IMG/VR virus record: IMGVR_UViG_3300040816_000784
Source: an uncultured virus (IMG/VR IMGVR_UViG_3300040816_000784)
Taxonomy: Duplodnaviria > Heunggongvirae > Uroviricota > Caudoviricetes
Strand: one strand, 5' to 3'
Length of the DNA stretch: 64,000 nt
Under the pieces are notes generated by a model. That model searched no databases. It was not told where the DNA came from and saw nothing but the letters and a program-made list of their open reading frames with translations. This document shows positions 9,716 to 19,402 of this stretch, one piece after another (position 1 is the stretch's first letter; each line of letters starts with the position of its first letter). A program made the position numbers and the translations under genes.

Positions 9716-11855
9716 TCCTTAATTTGGTATCTTTTAAATCTTCAAAAAGCATTTTCTTACTTAATGGTTTTTTAAGTTCACTCTCAAATAATCTTTTAAG
9801 AGGTCTTGCACCCATATTAGGGTTGTATCCTTCTTCAACAAAATATTTTACAGCACTAGCCATTACTTTAACTTTAATGCCTTTTACTTTTGTTTGCACA
9901 TTAAGTTCTTCTTCAAGACGTTTAACAATTTTCTTAATAACATCTGTGCCTAACTTATTAAATTTAATTGTGGCATCTATCCTGTTCCTAAACTCTGGAG
10001 TAAAGAAAGTGTTTACTGCTTTGATGTCTGTGTTCTTTTTCTTTTGATCTCCAAAACCAATCTTAAGTTTTTCTGCATCAGCGGCACCTAAGTTACTGGT
10101 CATTAGCAGTACAACATTTGTAAAGTCTACAGTTTTACCTGTACTACCTGTAAGTCTACCATCGTCCATAACTTGCAGTAACACTTGTAATACTTCTGGT
10201 GCGGCTTTCTCTACTTCATCTAGTAGCAACACACAATTAGGATACTGTTCCACTTCAGCAAGTAGTTGTCCTTGTCCTAGTTTACCTTCAGCATGTCCAA
10301 CATAACCAGGAGGAGCACCAATCAATTTACTCACACTATGACGTTCTTGGTATTCACTCATATCAAAACGTATAAGTTTGCTTTCTAGTTCTTGTGCTAA
10401 TTGTTTTGCTGTTTCAGTTTTACCTGTACCAGTTGGTCCTACTAATAGGAAACTGCCGATTGGCTTATTAGGTTCCCTTAGTCCTGCTTTAGCAACAAAG
10501 ATCGCTTCTACTATTTGATCTACAGCATCATCCTGTCCAAATACTTTTGTTTTAATTCGCTTGTCTAAACTTTTGTATCCTTCAGTACTGTCGATATCAA
10601 TAACATCTTTACCTATGTTACTCATCTTACTAATAACATTCAACACGTCGTCGATAACTACTTCTTCTCTGCCTGCTAGTTTAACAGTTGCACCACTGGC
10701 GTCAATAATATCAACTGCTTTGTCAGGGAAGTATTTATTTTTAATATATCTGTCTGCCAAATCAACACTTTTTTCTAGCAGTTCATCTGCATACTTTACA
10801 CTATGAAACTCTTCAAAGTATGGTTTTAATCCTATAATAATTTTTGTAGTATCTTCAACATTAGTAGGTTCAATATCTACACGTTGAAATCTACGCATTA
10901 GAGCTCTATCTTTTTCAAAGTGTGTGCTATATTCATCACTAGTTGTAGCACCCATAGTAAGTAGTTTACCTCTGCCTAGTATAGGCTTTAACAAGTTAGC
11001 AACGTCTACACTACTACCTCCAGCACTACCGGCACCCATTATCATGTGTATCTCATCAATAAACATAATAACATCTTTTCTCTCTTCTAGGCTCTCTAGG
11101 ACTATTTTAATACGTTCCTCAAAGTCTCCTCTATACCTAGTACCAGCAAGTAAGGCACCAATATCTAGGCTATAAACTGTTTTATCTTTAAGAGCATTGG
11201 GTACTTGACCCTCCACTATTTTCAATGCAAGTCCTTCTGCAATGGCTGTTTTACCTGTGCCAGGTTCACCAATTAGTATCGGATTATTTTTCTTACGCCT
11301 TGCTAGAATATGTACAATATCATTTACTTCTTCAGATCTACCTATTAGTGGATCTATTTCACTTTCTGCGGCTTTCTTATTTAAGTCAATTAAAAATTCT
11401 TCTGCTTCTTTCATACCAGTTTGTGATACACGTTTGGTTAAGCCTTCTACTACCGACAGTCTATCAATACCATTTAATTCACAAATATATTTTGCCATAG
11501 CATCGTCTTCGGATAGTATGCTTACAAATAAGTCTGGTGTGTTTATTTGATCTCTGGCACTAAAGATAACCTGTGCAAATGCACGTTGCATTACACGTTC
11601 TACACTTGTAGTTTTCTTGGGTCTACCCTCATACGGATTCTCTCCTATGAGATTATTTTGCTCTGGATCTTGCAAATAATTTTTTAAATCTTCTTTGGCT
11701 GTTGGCCAATCACATTCTATTGTTTCTAAAAGATCTACAACGTCCTCATCTTCTAATAAGCAATACATTAAATGCTCTAGTGTAACGTACTCGTGTTTCT
11801 GTTCTGATGCTAAGTTTATAGCACCAGTTATAATGTTATCTATTTCGTTTGCCAT
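9675..11855 (-). CDS. clpA: ATP-dependent Clp protease ATPase subunit ClpA
   Basis: N-domain HEYVTLEHL; Walker A motifs GEPGTGKT and GPTGTGKT; GTRYRGDFEER; IGAPPGYVG; KIGFG ClpP-docking loop; no ClpB middle domain. Confidence 0.95.
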   Translation of the reverse strand: MANEIDNIITGAINLASEQKHEYVTLEHLMYCLLEDEDVVDLLETIECDWPTAKEDLKNYLQDPEQNNLIGENPYEGRPKKTTSVERVMQRAFAQVIFSARDQINTPDLFVSILSEDDAMAKYICELNGIDRLSVVEGLTKRVSQTGMKEAEEFLIDLNKKAAESEIDPLIGRSEEVNDIVHILARRKKNNPILIGEPGTGKTAIAEGLALKIVEGQVPNALKDKTVYSLDIGALLAGTRYRGDFEERIKIVLESLEERKDVIMFIDEIHMIMGAGSAGGSSVDVANLLKPILGRGKLLTMGATTSDEYSTHFEKDRALMRRFQRVDIEPTNVEDTTKIIIGLKPYFEEFHSVKYADELLEKSVDLADRYIKNKYFPDKAVDIIDASGATVKLAGREEVVIDDVLNVISKMSNIGKDVIDIDSTEGYKSLDKRIKTKVFGQDDAVDQIVEAIFVAKAGLREPNKPIGSFLLVGPTGTGKTETAKQLAQELESKLIRFDMSEYQERHSVSKLIGAPPGYVGHAEGKLGQGQLLAEVEQYPNCVLLLDEVEKAAPEVLQVLLQVMDDGRLTGSTGKTVDFTNVVLLMTSNLGAADAEKLKIGFGDQKKKNTDIKAVNTFFTPEFRNRIDATIKFNKLGTDVIKKIVKRLEEELNVQTKVKGIKVKVMASAVKYFVEEGYNPNMGARPLKRLFESELKKPLSKKMLFEDLKDTKLRIEYDDGIQITTAE

Positions 11856-11863
11856 ACTACTAT

Positions 11864-12658
11864 TTACAATTCCTTGTCTTTAAATTGCTCTAATTTTCGT
11901 AACTGTTCTTCAGTTAAATTAGGTGCTGTTACTTCTACTAGTACAAATAAATTTCCATATGTACCAGCACGTTTTGGATTAGGCATACCCTTGCCACCGA
12001 GTCTTAACCTACTTCCAGGTTGTGTATGTTTAGGTACCTTAACTTCAAGTTGTTTACCATCAACATGCATAAATCTCACACTAGTTCCAAGCATTGCCTC
12101 AAAGTAATCTACTTGAATTCTAACTATTAAATCTCTACCTACAACATTCCAATTATTATCTCTGTTATGTACATGTACTCTACAAATTAAATCTCCAGGT
12201 GGCAAGTTATCATAGTTCATAGGGCCTTTACCATGCATAATAAATTTAGTACCTGTCTCAGTACCAGCCGGTATAATAAGTTTGAACTGTCCTAGTTCTG
12301 TTCTTATAATTTGTTCTGTGCCTGTATAGGCTTGCTCTAATTCAATGTGTATATCTACAACTGCATCTGGGTTTCTTGCTTGTCGCCTATGCCCAAATAT
12401 GTCTCCAAATATATCACCAAACGGATTACCACCTTGTTGGAATGGATTACCACCCATGTTAGCAAATGGATCTGGATTATCGTATTGGTGTTTCTTTTGA
12501 GGATCACTTAGTGTTTCATATGCTTCTTGTATCTTTTTAAATTGTTCAGGGTCACCTCCCTTGTCAGGGTGATGCTTACTTGCAAGTTTGCGATATGCTT
12601 TCTTAACTTCATTTGGTGTAGATGCGTGATTCACACCTAATGTTTCATAGTAATCCAT
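11864..12658 (-). CDS. DnaJ-class co-chaperone without zinc finger (CbpA-like)
   Basis: J-domain DYYETLGV...HPDKGG, G/F-rich linker, DnaJ C-domain; start placed at second ATG from promoter geometry. Confidence 0.9.
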   Translation of the reverse strand: MDYYETLGVNHASTPNEVKKAYRKLASKHHPDKGGDPEQFKKIQEAYETLSDPQKKHQYDNPDPFANMGGNPFQQGGNPFGDIFGDIFGHRRQARNPDAVVDIHIELEQAYTGTEQIIRTELGQFKLIIPAGTETGTKFIMHGKGPMNYDNLPPGDLICRVHVHNRDNNWNVVGRDLIVRIQVDYFEAMLGTSVRFMHVDGKQLEVKVPKHTQPGSRLRLGGKGMPNPKRAGTYGNLFVLVEVTAPNLTEEQLRKLEQFKDKEL

Positions 12659-12664
12659 AGTCAT

Positions 12665-12693
12665 ATTATAAAGGTTTTATTTGTTAAAGTCAA
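12665..12693 (-). promoter_or_regulatory. Sigma70-type promoter for the dnaJ-like gene (leaderless)
   Basis: TTGACT-17 nt-TATAAT, 6 nt before ATG 12658. Confidence 0.8.
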
Positions 12694-12738
12694 GAAAAAA
12701 GGGCATCGAAATGCCCCTTAAATTTGTTTGTTTTAAAA

Positions 12739-12972
12739 CTATATTCTATCTTTGATTAGATCAACTAAAGCATTGATGGATTCAAGGTCTTCAACCTCAC
12801 CATCATCGATTTCAATATCAAACTCTTCTTCTATTTCCATTACAATTTCCACAGCACTTAGGCTATCACCGCCTAGGTCGTGTATAATGTGAGCGTCTAA
12901 CTCTATATCTGTTTTGCTATCTATATCTAGATTTTCTTTAATAATTTTAATTACTGCTTCTTCTACGTTCAT
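12739..12972 (-). CDS. acpP: Acyl carrier protein
   Basis: 77 aa, acidic; LGGDSLSAVEIVMEIEEEFDIEI phosphopantetheine motif. Confidence 0.92.
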   Translation of the reverse strand: MNVEEAVIKIIKENLDIDSKTDIELDAHIIHDLGGDSLSAVEIVMEIEEEFDIEIDDGEVEDLESINALVDLIKDRI

Positions 12973-13685
12973 TAGTCTTTACTTCCTGGCAATCCTGGTA
13001 TTAGTTTATTTAAATTAAATCCACTTGTTTCTGGTTTGCCTTCTTGTTTTGGATTATCATTATCCGCTTTTGCGGCTTCTAAGTCATTTGATTGACGTTC
13101 TTTATTTTCGTCTAACCAACCGTCTTTACCTTTTGGTTTAGTTGCTTCTCTATAATACATGATAATTTCTTGTTGTTGTGCAATATATCTTTTAATCTCT
13201 TGTAGGTTAGTGCTTAATGCTTGATAACCTCCTGGAGTAACTGCAAACACGGCAAAGTCTCCATCAAGTAGTTTTTCTACTTCATAGATCTTTTCCTCTA
13301 AGTTACCACATACTTGTATAACTTCACCATTAGCATCTTTAAGTTGTTCAAGTTCAATTCTATTACCTTCGGCATCCTTTACGACCTTACGTCTTTCTTT
13401 ACCGTTTTCATCAGTATACTTTTCGTATTGGAATCGTTCATAAGTGTATAGTTTGGTTTTCTTATCAATACCTGTTGCAGGTCTGCATGGTGTATTAGAT
13501 ATCACTTTCCATTCTACATCTTGTAAATCAATTTCTGGTGGTAAGGGTGGGGCATAGATTTCAACCTCTACTGTTTCAGTTATTACTTTAACTGGTGGCA
13601 GTGGTTGATAACCGCCAGTAGTTGAACATGCACCTAATACAAGTGCCATACTTACTACTGCTATGTTTCTAATTGTCTTGTTCAT
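12972..13685 (-). CDS. Lipoprotein, o-spanin-like
   Basis: Signal peptide with lipobox LGAC, Pro-rich segment; overlaps upstream TM/coiled-coil gene. Confidence 0.6.
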   Translation of the reverse strand: MNKTIRNIAVVSMALVLGACSTTGGYQPLPPVKVITETVEVEIYAPPLPPEIDLQDVEWKVISNTPCRPATGIDKKTKLYTYERFQYEKYTDENGKERRKVVKDAEGNRIELEQLKDANGEVIQVCGNLEEKIYEVEKLLDGDFAVFAVTPGGYQALSTNLQEIKRYIAQQQEIIMYYREATKPKGKDGWLDENKERQSNDLEAAKADNDNPKQEGKPETSGFNLNKLIPGLPGSKD

Positions 13686-14097
13686 TTAATTTTGCTGTCT
13701 CTCTACTTAACTCTTCTATGCCTTCAAACTCCAATTTTGTGGCTTTATTTGCTCTTGGCTCCATGAGCCCTGGTTTGTTTCTGGCAAGTTTAGTGATATC
13801 ATGATTATTAAATATTCTCAATGCTTCAGTCTTTTGACGTTCTGCTTCATTAAACTTTAAAGTTAAGTCTTGTGTAAGTTCTATTTGTCTTTGCATTCCT
13901 GCTTCTAAACTTCTAATAGTGTTTTCGTTCTGCTGAGCCGCAGTTTGGAGTGCAACATTTTGAGCAACATATTGTTCGATTTGCATCGCTTGTTTCTCAA
14001 TAGTATCGTTTAAGTTACCTACTATAAACTTGTGGGCTCCAAAAGCCAATGCTCCAACCACAAGCATATAAGGTAATGATTTTATCATTCCTAACAT
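13669..14097 (-). CDS. Membrane-anchored coiled-coil protein, i-spanin-like
   Basis: N-terminal hydrophobic helix then long coiled coil; overlaps lipoprotein gene. Confidence 0.6.
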   Translation of the reverse strand: MLGMIKSLPYMLVVGALAFGAHKFIVGNLNDTIEKQAMQIEQYVAQNVALQTAAQQNENTIRSLEAGMQRQIELTQDLTLKFNEAERQKTEALRIFNNHDITKLARNKPGLMEPRANKATKLEFEGIEELSRETAKLNEQDN

Positions 14098-14849
14098 GGT
14101 TTTGCTACTAATATCCTGTCTGTTTTTGGATTATGAAAAACAATGTTTCTGTTTATAGGCACAATGTTTAATTCACCTCTCATAGACTCTAGTGTTTTAA
14201 TTAAGTGTCTATCAAAGTCATAATCAATTGCTAAGTCATTAAGTCCTGCTTCTTCTAGTGTGGGTTTACCTTCACCAAAGCCAACAAACTCTAACTTAAT
14301 ATTGTTCTTGGTGTCCATTAAATTTAACACATTTTCTTCAAAGGAACATTTAGTTACGTTGGAATCATTACAAATAAATTCTACTATTGCTTGTTCCTTT
14401 TCTGTTTTTAATCTCATGTCATAATCCTCTTTTGTTTCATATGATTCAGATGACATTCTTACATATTCTGTAAGTTGAGGATCTGCTAATGAAAATTCGT
14501 TATCGCTTAATAATGGTTTTGCTTTCCAGTCTAATTCACCGGAAATGTTTTTTACATCTTTACATATTGCTTGTAGGTCTTCTATCATAGATTCATTTCT
14601 ATCTACTTCTATAAACACCATGTATTTGTTTTCTGGAGTTGGGTTTGGTGTAACTTCTACATCTCTGAAATCAAATGTACTCTTTTCTAAAAAGTTTGCT
14701 AAGTCATCACCTACACTTTTTTCTTCTACATAAAAACCAAATACAGCAACGTCTTCTTTCTCACCAGTCTTTGGTTCAAATTCATCAATGCTGATCTTGT
14801 CTAATACAACACCTTTAAGGTCTTCGTGTTTGAGGTTTTCGTTTATCAT
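14091..14849 (-). CDS. Hypothetical phage protein
   Basis: 252-aa acidic ORF coupled to neighbours. Confidence 0.7.
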   Translation of the reverse strand: MINENLKHEDLKGVVLDKISIDEFEPKTGEKEDVAVFGFYVEEKSVGDDLANFLEKSTFDFRDVEVTPNPTPENKYMVFIEVDRNESMIEDLQAICKDVKNISGELDWKAKPLLSDNEFSLADPQLTEYVRMSSESYETKEDYDMRLKTEKEQAIVEFICNDSNVTKCSFEENVLNLMDTKNNIKLEFVGFGEGKPTLEEAGLNDLAIDYDFDRHLIKTLESMRGELNIVPINRNIVFHNPKTDRILVAKPC

Positions 14850-15421
14850 TATAATCCCATTCCAGGTTCTTGTTGACCAGCACCACCAGGCACTGCCATT
14901 GGATCAGCAATGTCAACTGGAGTATCTAAACTTTGATCCATACCGTCTTGAATAGATTCCATATCAACATATGAATCTTCAGCGGCTTCAATTTGTTCTA
15001 AACTAAATTCGTCAACAAAACGTCTTGGCATTTTGATTTCAACTAACCAAATATCATGCTGTTCTGTTTTAGCAACACGTCTTGGTACGTTTTGTCTTAC
15101 TCTGACTTCGGTGTCTTCTACACTTTTAATCTTTCTTGGTTTTAGTAACTTGTCTTTTTTGAAACTTACTTCACAGCCATTCTTTCTAAGCCTTAATATC
15201 GCTTCTGGATCAGGCATATCTTCATGTGGATACATTAGTGTAACTTCAATAAAGTATCTGCCTAACTTAGGTCCTGCAACTACTTCACCTTTATTCCAGT
15301 TCTTATATGCATACATATCAAATTGATCTAGTACACCTTCGAACTCTAAGAGCATATCCAACAAAGTATTTGTATCGGATATCTTTCTAATGTTATCGTT
15401 TATAATTTTAACTGTTTGCAT
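14849..15421 (-). CDS. Hypothetical phage protein
   Basis: 190-aa ORF; two TAAATA boxes upstream. Confidence 0.7.
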   Translation of the reverse strand: MQTVKIINDNIRKISDTNTLLDMLLEFEGVLDQFDMYAYKNWNKGEVVAGPKLGRYFIEVTLMYPHEDMPDPEAILRLRKNGCEVSFKKDKLLKPRKIKSVEDTEVRVRQNVPRRVAKTEQHDIWLVEIKMPRRFVDEFSLEQIEAAEDSYVDMESIQDGMDQSLDTPVDIADPMAVPGGAGQQEPGMGL

Positions 15422-15597
15422 ATCAAGTTCCTATTTACAAGTATTTATCATTTGATAAACTAATCTTTTAATTTACTTGATCAGCAAACTAAGTAATATA
15501 GTATGATATCAAATCATTACAATCTAAACTTTTCACAACATTACAGACGCAATGCCCTGTACCATAAGGGTAGGGTTTCTGATGACAGGAGTACAAC

Positions 15598-16344
15598 ATG
15601 TCCAGGAAAAAACGTAAAGAACGCGAATTTAGAACAAGATTTAAGGAGAACAACCATTTGAAAATAATTAAAGGTGGTCAAGTCGAGACCATAACTAGAC
15701 AACAAACAGTAAACATAGTTCCTCGTAACTTCAAACAAGATGATTTATTAGCGGCATTAGAGAACACTAATTTAAACATAGTGTTTACAACAGGCCCAGC
15801 AGGAACGGGTAAAACCTTATTAAGTACCTTGTACGCACTTAGAGAATTCAAAAACAAAACATACTCAAAAATTGTAATTACAAGACCTGCCGTTTCGGTA
15901 GATGAGCAACATGGATTCTTACCAGGTACACTAGTTGAAAAAATGGCACCATGGACGAGACCAATATTTGATGTATTTGAACAATACTATCATCCTAAAG
16001 AGATTGAATATCTAGTAGAAAATAATACTGTTGAAGTAGCACCATTGGCATATATGAGAGGTAGAACTTTCAAAGAAAGTATAATTATTGCTGACGAAAT
16101 GCAAAATGCTACACAAGAGCAAATGAAAATGCTACTTACTAGAATAGGTGATGGTTCTAAATTGATAGTAACAGGTGACTTAGCCCAGCATGACAGAGGC
16201 TATGAAACTAATGGATTAAAAGTATTCCTAGAGAAATTAAAGGCTTTTAATAGTAGTAGAATTGATTTAGTTGAATTTGACAGCAGTCAAATTGAAAGAC
16301 ATCCTGCTGTTAGTGAAGTACTTAAGATTTGGAAACAATCTTAA
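15598..16344 (+). CDS. phoH: PhoH-family ATPase
   Basis: GPAGTGKT, TRPAV, GFLPG, PLAYMRGRTF, DEMQN, LLTRIG, GDLAQHD; SD AGGAG. Confidence 0.95.
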   Translation: MSRKKRKEREFRTRFKENNHLKIIKGGQVETITRQQTVNIVPRNFKQDDLLAALENTNLNIVFTTGPAGTGKTLLSTLYALREFKNKTYSKIVITRPAVSVDEQHGFLPGTLVEKMAPWTRPIFDVFEQYYHPKEIEYLVENNTVEVAPLAYMRGRTFKESIIIADEMQNATQEQMKMLLTRIGDGSKLIVTGDLAQHDRGYETNGLKVFLEKLKAFNSSRIDLVEFDSSQIERHPAVSEVLKIWKQS

Positions 16345-16540
16345 TTAGTTTTTCATAAACTAAATTACATAGTGGACCGAATTGATCGTCTTCAATATCG
16401 TGAAGTTCTCTCATTCGGTCTACTGCACTCTGCACTGATCTTAAAGGGTCAGCACTACCCTGCTCAATATGTTTCCACACAAACCCATTCTTTCTAAACT
16501 CAGGTTCCTTGAGAATGTTTTCTGCTAATTGCTCAATCAT
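16322..16540 (-). CDS. Hypothetical protein
   Basis: 72-aa ORF coupled to upstream gene. Confidence 0.55.
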   Translation of the reverse strand: MIEQLAENILKEPEFRKNGFVWKHIEQGSADPLRSVQSAVDRMRELHDIEDDQFGPLCNLVYEKLIKIVSKS

Positions 16541-17087
16541 GTTTAGTTGCTACACAAATATAATATTCTGGTAGCAAGTCATCATAATCATCAAATGCAA
16601 AGTGTGGATCAATACCTTCATTAGTCTGTATATATTTTGCAACCGGACATTTTAAATCTATAACTGCATCTTTAATGCTTTTTACATTATAATCAACCGT
16701 GATTAGTTTACCTTTATCATTTAGTGCATTATATAAATTAGCAAAGCCTTTATTTAATCTTGTTTGATATACGTCAGCAGGCATACTAGGAACAAAGTTA
16801 GGCAAACTGCAATACATCACATCAAAAAACTTTTCTTCTAAATCATATGTACTTAACACATTGTATTCTATTAAGTTTTCACAGTCATTGTAATTATTTC
16901 TATCTGCTTGGAATATGGTTTGATTCCAGTCTTCAATAACATGTACTTCTCTTACTTTATCTTTCAAGTATTTGTATAGTGAACCATCACCTCTACCAAA
17001 CTCTGCTAGACCAACTTTTGCGTCTTTGTTATTAGTTAGTAGTTCAAGTAAAATATCTTCGTAGTTATCAAGTATGTTGTTCGACAT
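16533..17087 (-). CDS. Class I SAM-methyltransferase-like protein (divergent)
   Basis: LAEFGRGDGS motif I-like, FFDVMY, ALNDKGKLITVDY; start at MSNNIL chosen to limit overlap. Confidence 0.5.
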   Translation of the reverse strand: MSNNILDNYEDILLELLTNNKDAKVGLAEFGRGDGSLYKYLKDKVREVHVIEDWNQTIFQADRNNYNDCENLIEYNVLSTYDLEEKFFDVMYCSLPNFVPSMPADVYQTRLNKGFANLYNALNDKGKLITVDYNVKSIKDAVIDLKCPVAKYIQTNEGIDPHFAFDDYDDLLPEYYICVATKHD

Positions 17088-18129
17088 AGTCTTTTGCTCT
17101 CTGTAATGTTGTTTCAAAAATCCATCTAAAGTCGTCTGCATCTAGTTCCACAGGATGACTGTTATAGTTTGCATTTGCTATTGCTGTTTCTACAAATAGA
17201 TCACTATGCTTAGGCAAGTATCTTTGATATAGTTCCCAATCCTCAATGTAAAATTCAAATATTTCTAATAGTTTTACGGTGTCTATGTGTCTGTATGCAT
17301 CGTTACGTTTACGCAAACTTGCTTCTATAATAGCAGGAGCAAACAGACAATTTAGTTCACCATGTTTTAATCCTGTTCTAGGACCTATACTAAAACTTAC
17401 ATTATGAATATGTCCTAATGCACAATCCATTGCTTTACTACCCAGGAAGCCTACTTTAGCAAATGTTTCTCTGAGTTCAGCAGTAACTTCAGTTGTGGGT
17501 AAATGTTCCATTGCAAGTTTAATGCCATGCAAACCGGCACCTTCCGCAATAGGGTGTTCAATTGTACTAGCCGCACCTTCTAAACAGTGTGTAAGGGCGT
17601 CTACGGCTATTATAAGGCCCGTTCTATCGGGTAGTGTATCAGTTAGTGTACCGTCTAATATGAGTACATCAGGTCTACACTTTTCATCATACACTGGCTT
17701 TTTGTTACCTGGTCCTCTGACAATCATAAGTCCTTTAGTTATTTCAGCACCACTGTATGTTGTAGGTACTGCTATAAAGAATGGCCTTACACCTGCTAAA
17801 CTATTAAATATAATTCCTTTACCTAAGTCAACAATACTGCCTCCTCCCATAGCAAACACACAATCAGCATCACTGTGAGCAAACTCTTTGTATGCTTCTA
17901 GTATTTGATCGTTAGTTGGTTCTGTTAGATCACCGTATTGCTCACCCCACATAGTAACTGTATAACCAGCATTTTCTAATATTGACTGTATACCACGTTC
18001 TCTGGCGGCAGGTGTACTTACAACAAATACATGTTCTAATTCATAATAGTGTCTTAGGTCTTTAATATGTTTATTAAGACCATCCATTTCTAGTATGACA
18101 TCTATGTTTTGTTCGTAAAATCTTGACAT
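17068..18129 (-). CDS. Iron-containing alcohol dehydrogenase family protein
   Basis: GGGSIVDLGK, VPTTYSGAE, DALTHCLEG, LGHIH, LKHG metal ligands. Confidence 0.88.
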   Translation of the reverse strand: MSRFYEQNIDVILEMDGLNKHIKDLRHYYELEHVFVVSTPAARERGIQSILENAGYTVTMWGEQYGDLTEPTNDQILEAYKEFAHSDADCVFAMGGGSIVDLGKGIIFNSLAGVRPFFIAVPTTYSGAEITKGLMIVRGPGNKKPVYDEKCRPDVLILDGTLTDTLPDRTGLIIAVDALTHCLEGAASTIEHPIAEGAGLHGIKLAMEHLPTTEVTAELRETFAKVGFLGSKAMDCALGHIHNVSFSIGPRTGLKHGELNCLFAPAIIEASLRKRNDAYRHIDTVKLLEIFEFYIEDWELYQRYLPKHSDLFVETAIANANYNSHPVELDADDFRWIFETTLQRAKDYVEQHT

Positions 18130-18243
18130 TTATCTAATTCAACCTGGTAGTTATGTATGTATTTAAGTTATGTATTTATATAACTCGGAGAGTCTTGGCC
18201 TTAAATATTTGTTGGTTATAGAAAACCATTGGGAGAATATTGT

Positions 18244-18492
18244 ATGGATATTATAAGTAAAATTGGCGCCTGGGCGTCAGCACTTACACATACAGGTTTA
18301 TCAGTACTTGCACTAGGAGTTGTACTCGAAGTATTATTCTCAGGTAACGGAATTCCGTTTTGGCCTGATGTAAGTATAGTAGATAATATTATGGGTATCC
18401 TTAAGGGACTTTCCGCAGAAGGATTGCTAGGTCTCGTAGGTGCTTTTGTTTTATACCACTTGTTCAATAGGCCAATGCCTAAAGTCAAGTAA
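18244..18492 (+). CDS. Small membrane protein
   Basis: Two hydrophobic segments; GGGAG SD before ATG 18244; terminator follows. Confidence 0.7.
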   Translation: MDIISKIGAWASALTHTGLSVLALGVVLEVLFSGNGIPFWPDVSIVDNIMGILKGLSAEGLLGLVGAFVLYHLFNRPMPKVK

Positions 18493-18511
18493 AATTATAA
18501 GACTTTGGAAG

Positions 18512-18536
18512 AGGGACTTTATGTCCCTTTTCTTTT
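18512..18536 (+). terminator. Intrinsic terminator
   Basis: AGGGAC-TTTAT-GTCCCT followed by TTTCTTTT. Confidence 0.65.
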
Positions 18537-19148
18537 GACTTGAAAAGCAAACATGTAATCCTCACGTTCTGCTTCTGGGTTTGACCAGTTAGTATTCAAA
18601 TATGTTTCCATTTCATATTTGTTTTGTTTAACAAACAAGTCTACCATTCTTTTCACAGGACCTTTGTCATAATCAGGTCCACATATAATAGTACCATCGG
18701 TACTTGCCCAATCCCATAGTTCTAATGTTTTACTAATTACTGTTTCTGTAGTATTAGGTGCTTGTTCTAGTTTATAAGGCAATAGTGTATAAATTAAATC
18801 ATACTCTCTATTACCGTCCAAGGCTTCCATATCTACATCAAGTGGACTGGTATTATGATAGTTTATGTTTGTATAACCACTTAGGTCTTGTTTTGTTTTT
18901 TGATATTGTTGTGCCGCTAATGGGTGTTGTTCAAATATATCATGCAAGTGTATTGGATTCTCACTTACCCTTCTAACTAATGCAGTAGTCTTAGCAGTCG
19001 TTTTCATGAACTCATTAAGTATCATGTTACGTTTTGTTTGCTTTACATAGTTTAATAATACACAAGCAATATCTTTGTTGCTGTGACCGGGTATTTCATT
19101 ATCGATTTCGAGAGCCCTGTCGAGTTGACTTTCGGGAATGAGCTTCAT
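18519..19148 (-). CDS. Hypothetical protein, weakly methyltransferase-fold-like
   Basis: EYDLIY and GTIICGPDYD..PVKRMVD resemble the C-terminal half of Methyltransf_24-type proteins; no glycine-rich motif I. Confidence 0.45.
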   Translation of the reverse strand: MKLIPESQLDRALEIDNEIPGHSNKDIACVLLNYVKQTKRNMILNEFMKTTAKTTALVRRVSENPIHLHDIFEQHPLAAQQYQKTKQDLSGYTNINYHNTSPLDVDMEALDGNREYDLIYTLLPYKLEQAPNTTETVISKTLELWDWASTDGTIICGPDYDKGPVKRMVDLFVKQNKYEMETYLNTNWSNPEAEREDYMFAFQVKRKGT

Positions 19149-19402
19149 TAGTAAACCTTTATTATTCTATAATCAAATGGCTCAACAGTTCTGATTTCAA
19201 AGAACTTGTTTTGCATGTCTTTACCAACTATATGTGTAGGGGTCTTCTTACTAATTGCTTTGAGTTTGTAATGCTTAGGAACACGTTTGATAGTTTTAAC
19301 ACCATCTTCTTGTATCATTGTTTCAGAATGAAACCATACGGTTAGGTCGTATTCTTCATATATTAGTGTGTACCACCATTTTTTAATTTCTTTAAGCATC
19401 AA
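19148..19402 (-). CDS. Hypothetical phage protein
   Basis: 84-aa ORF overlapping both neighbours. Confidence 0.65.
   Translation of the reverse strand: MMLKEIKKWWYTLIYEEYDLTVWFHSETMIQEDGVKTIKRVPKHYKLKAISKKTPTHIVGKDMQNKFFEIRTVEPFDYRIIKVY

Noticed and set aside
15422..15597. Pho box or regulatory RNA upstream of phoH
   Set aside because: No tandem CTGTCAT-like repeats; only a short TTTATCA/TGATAAA inverted repeat and one weak hairpin
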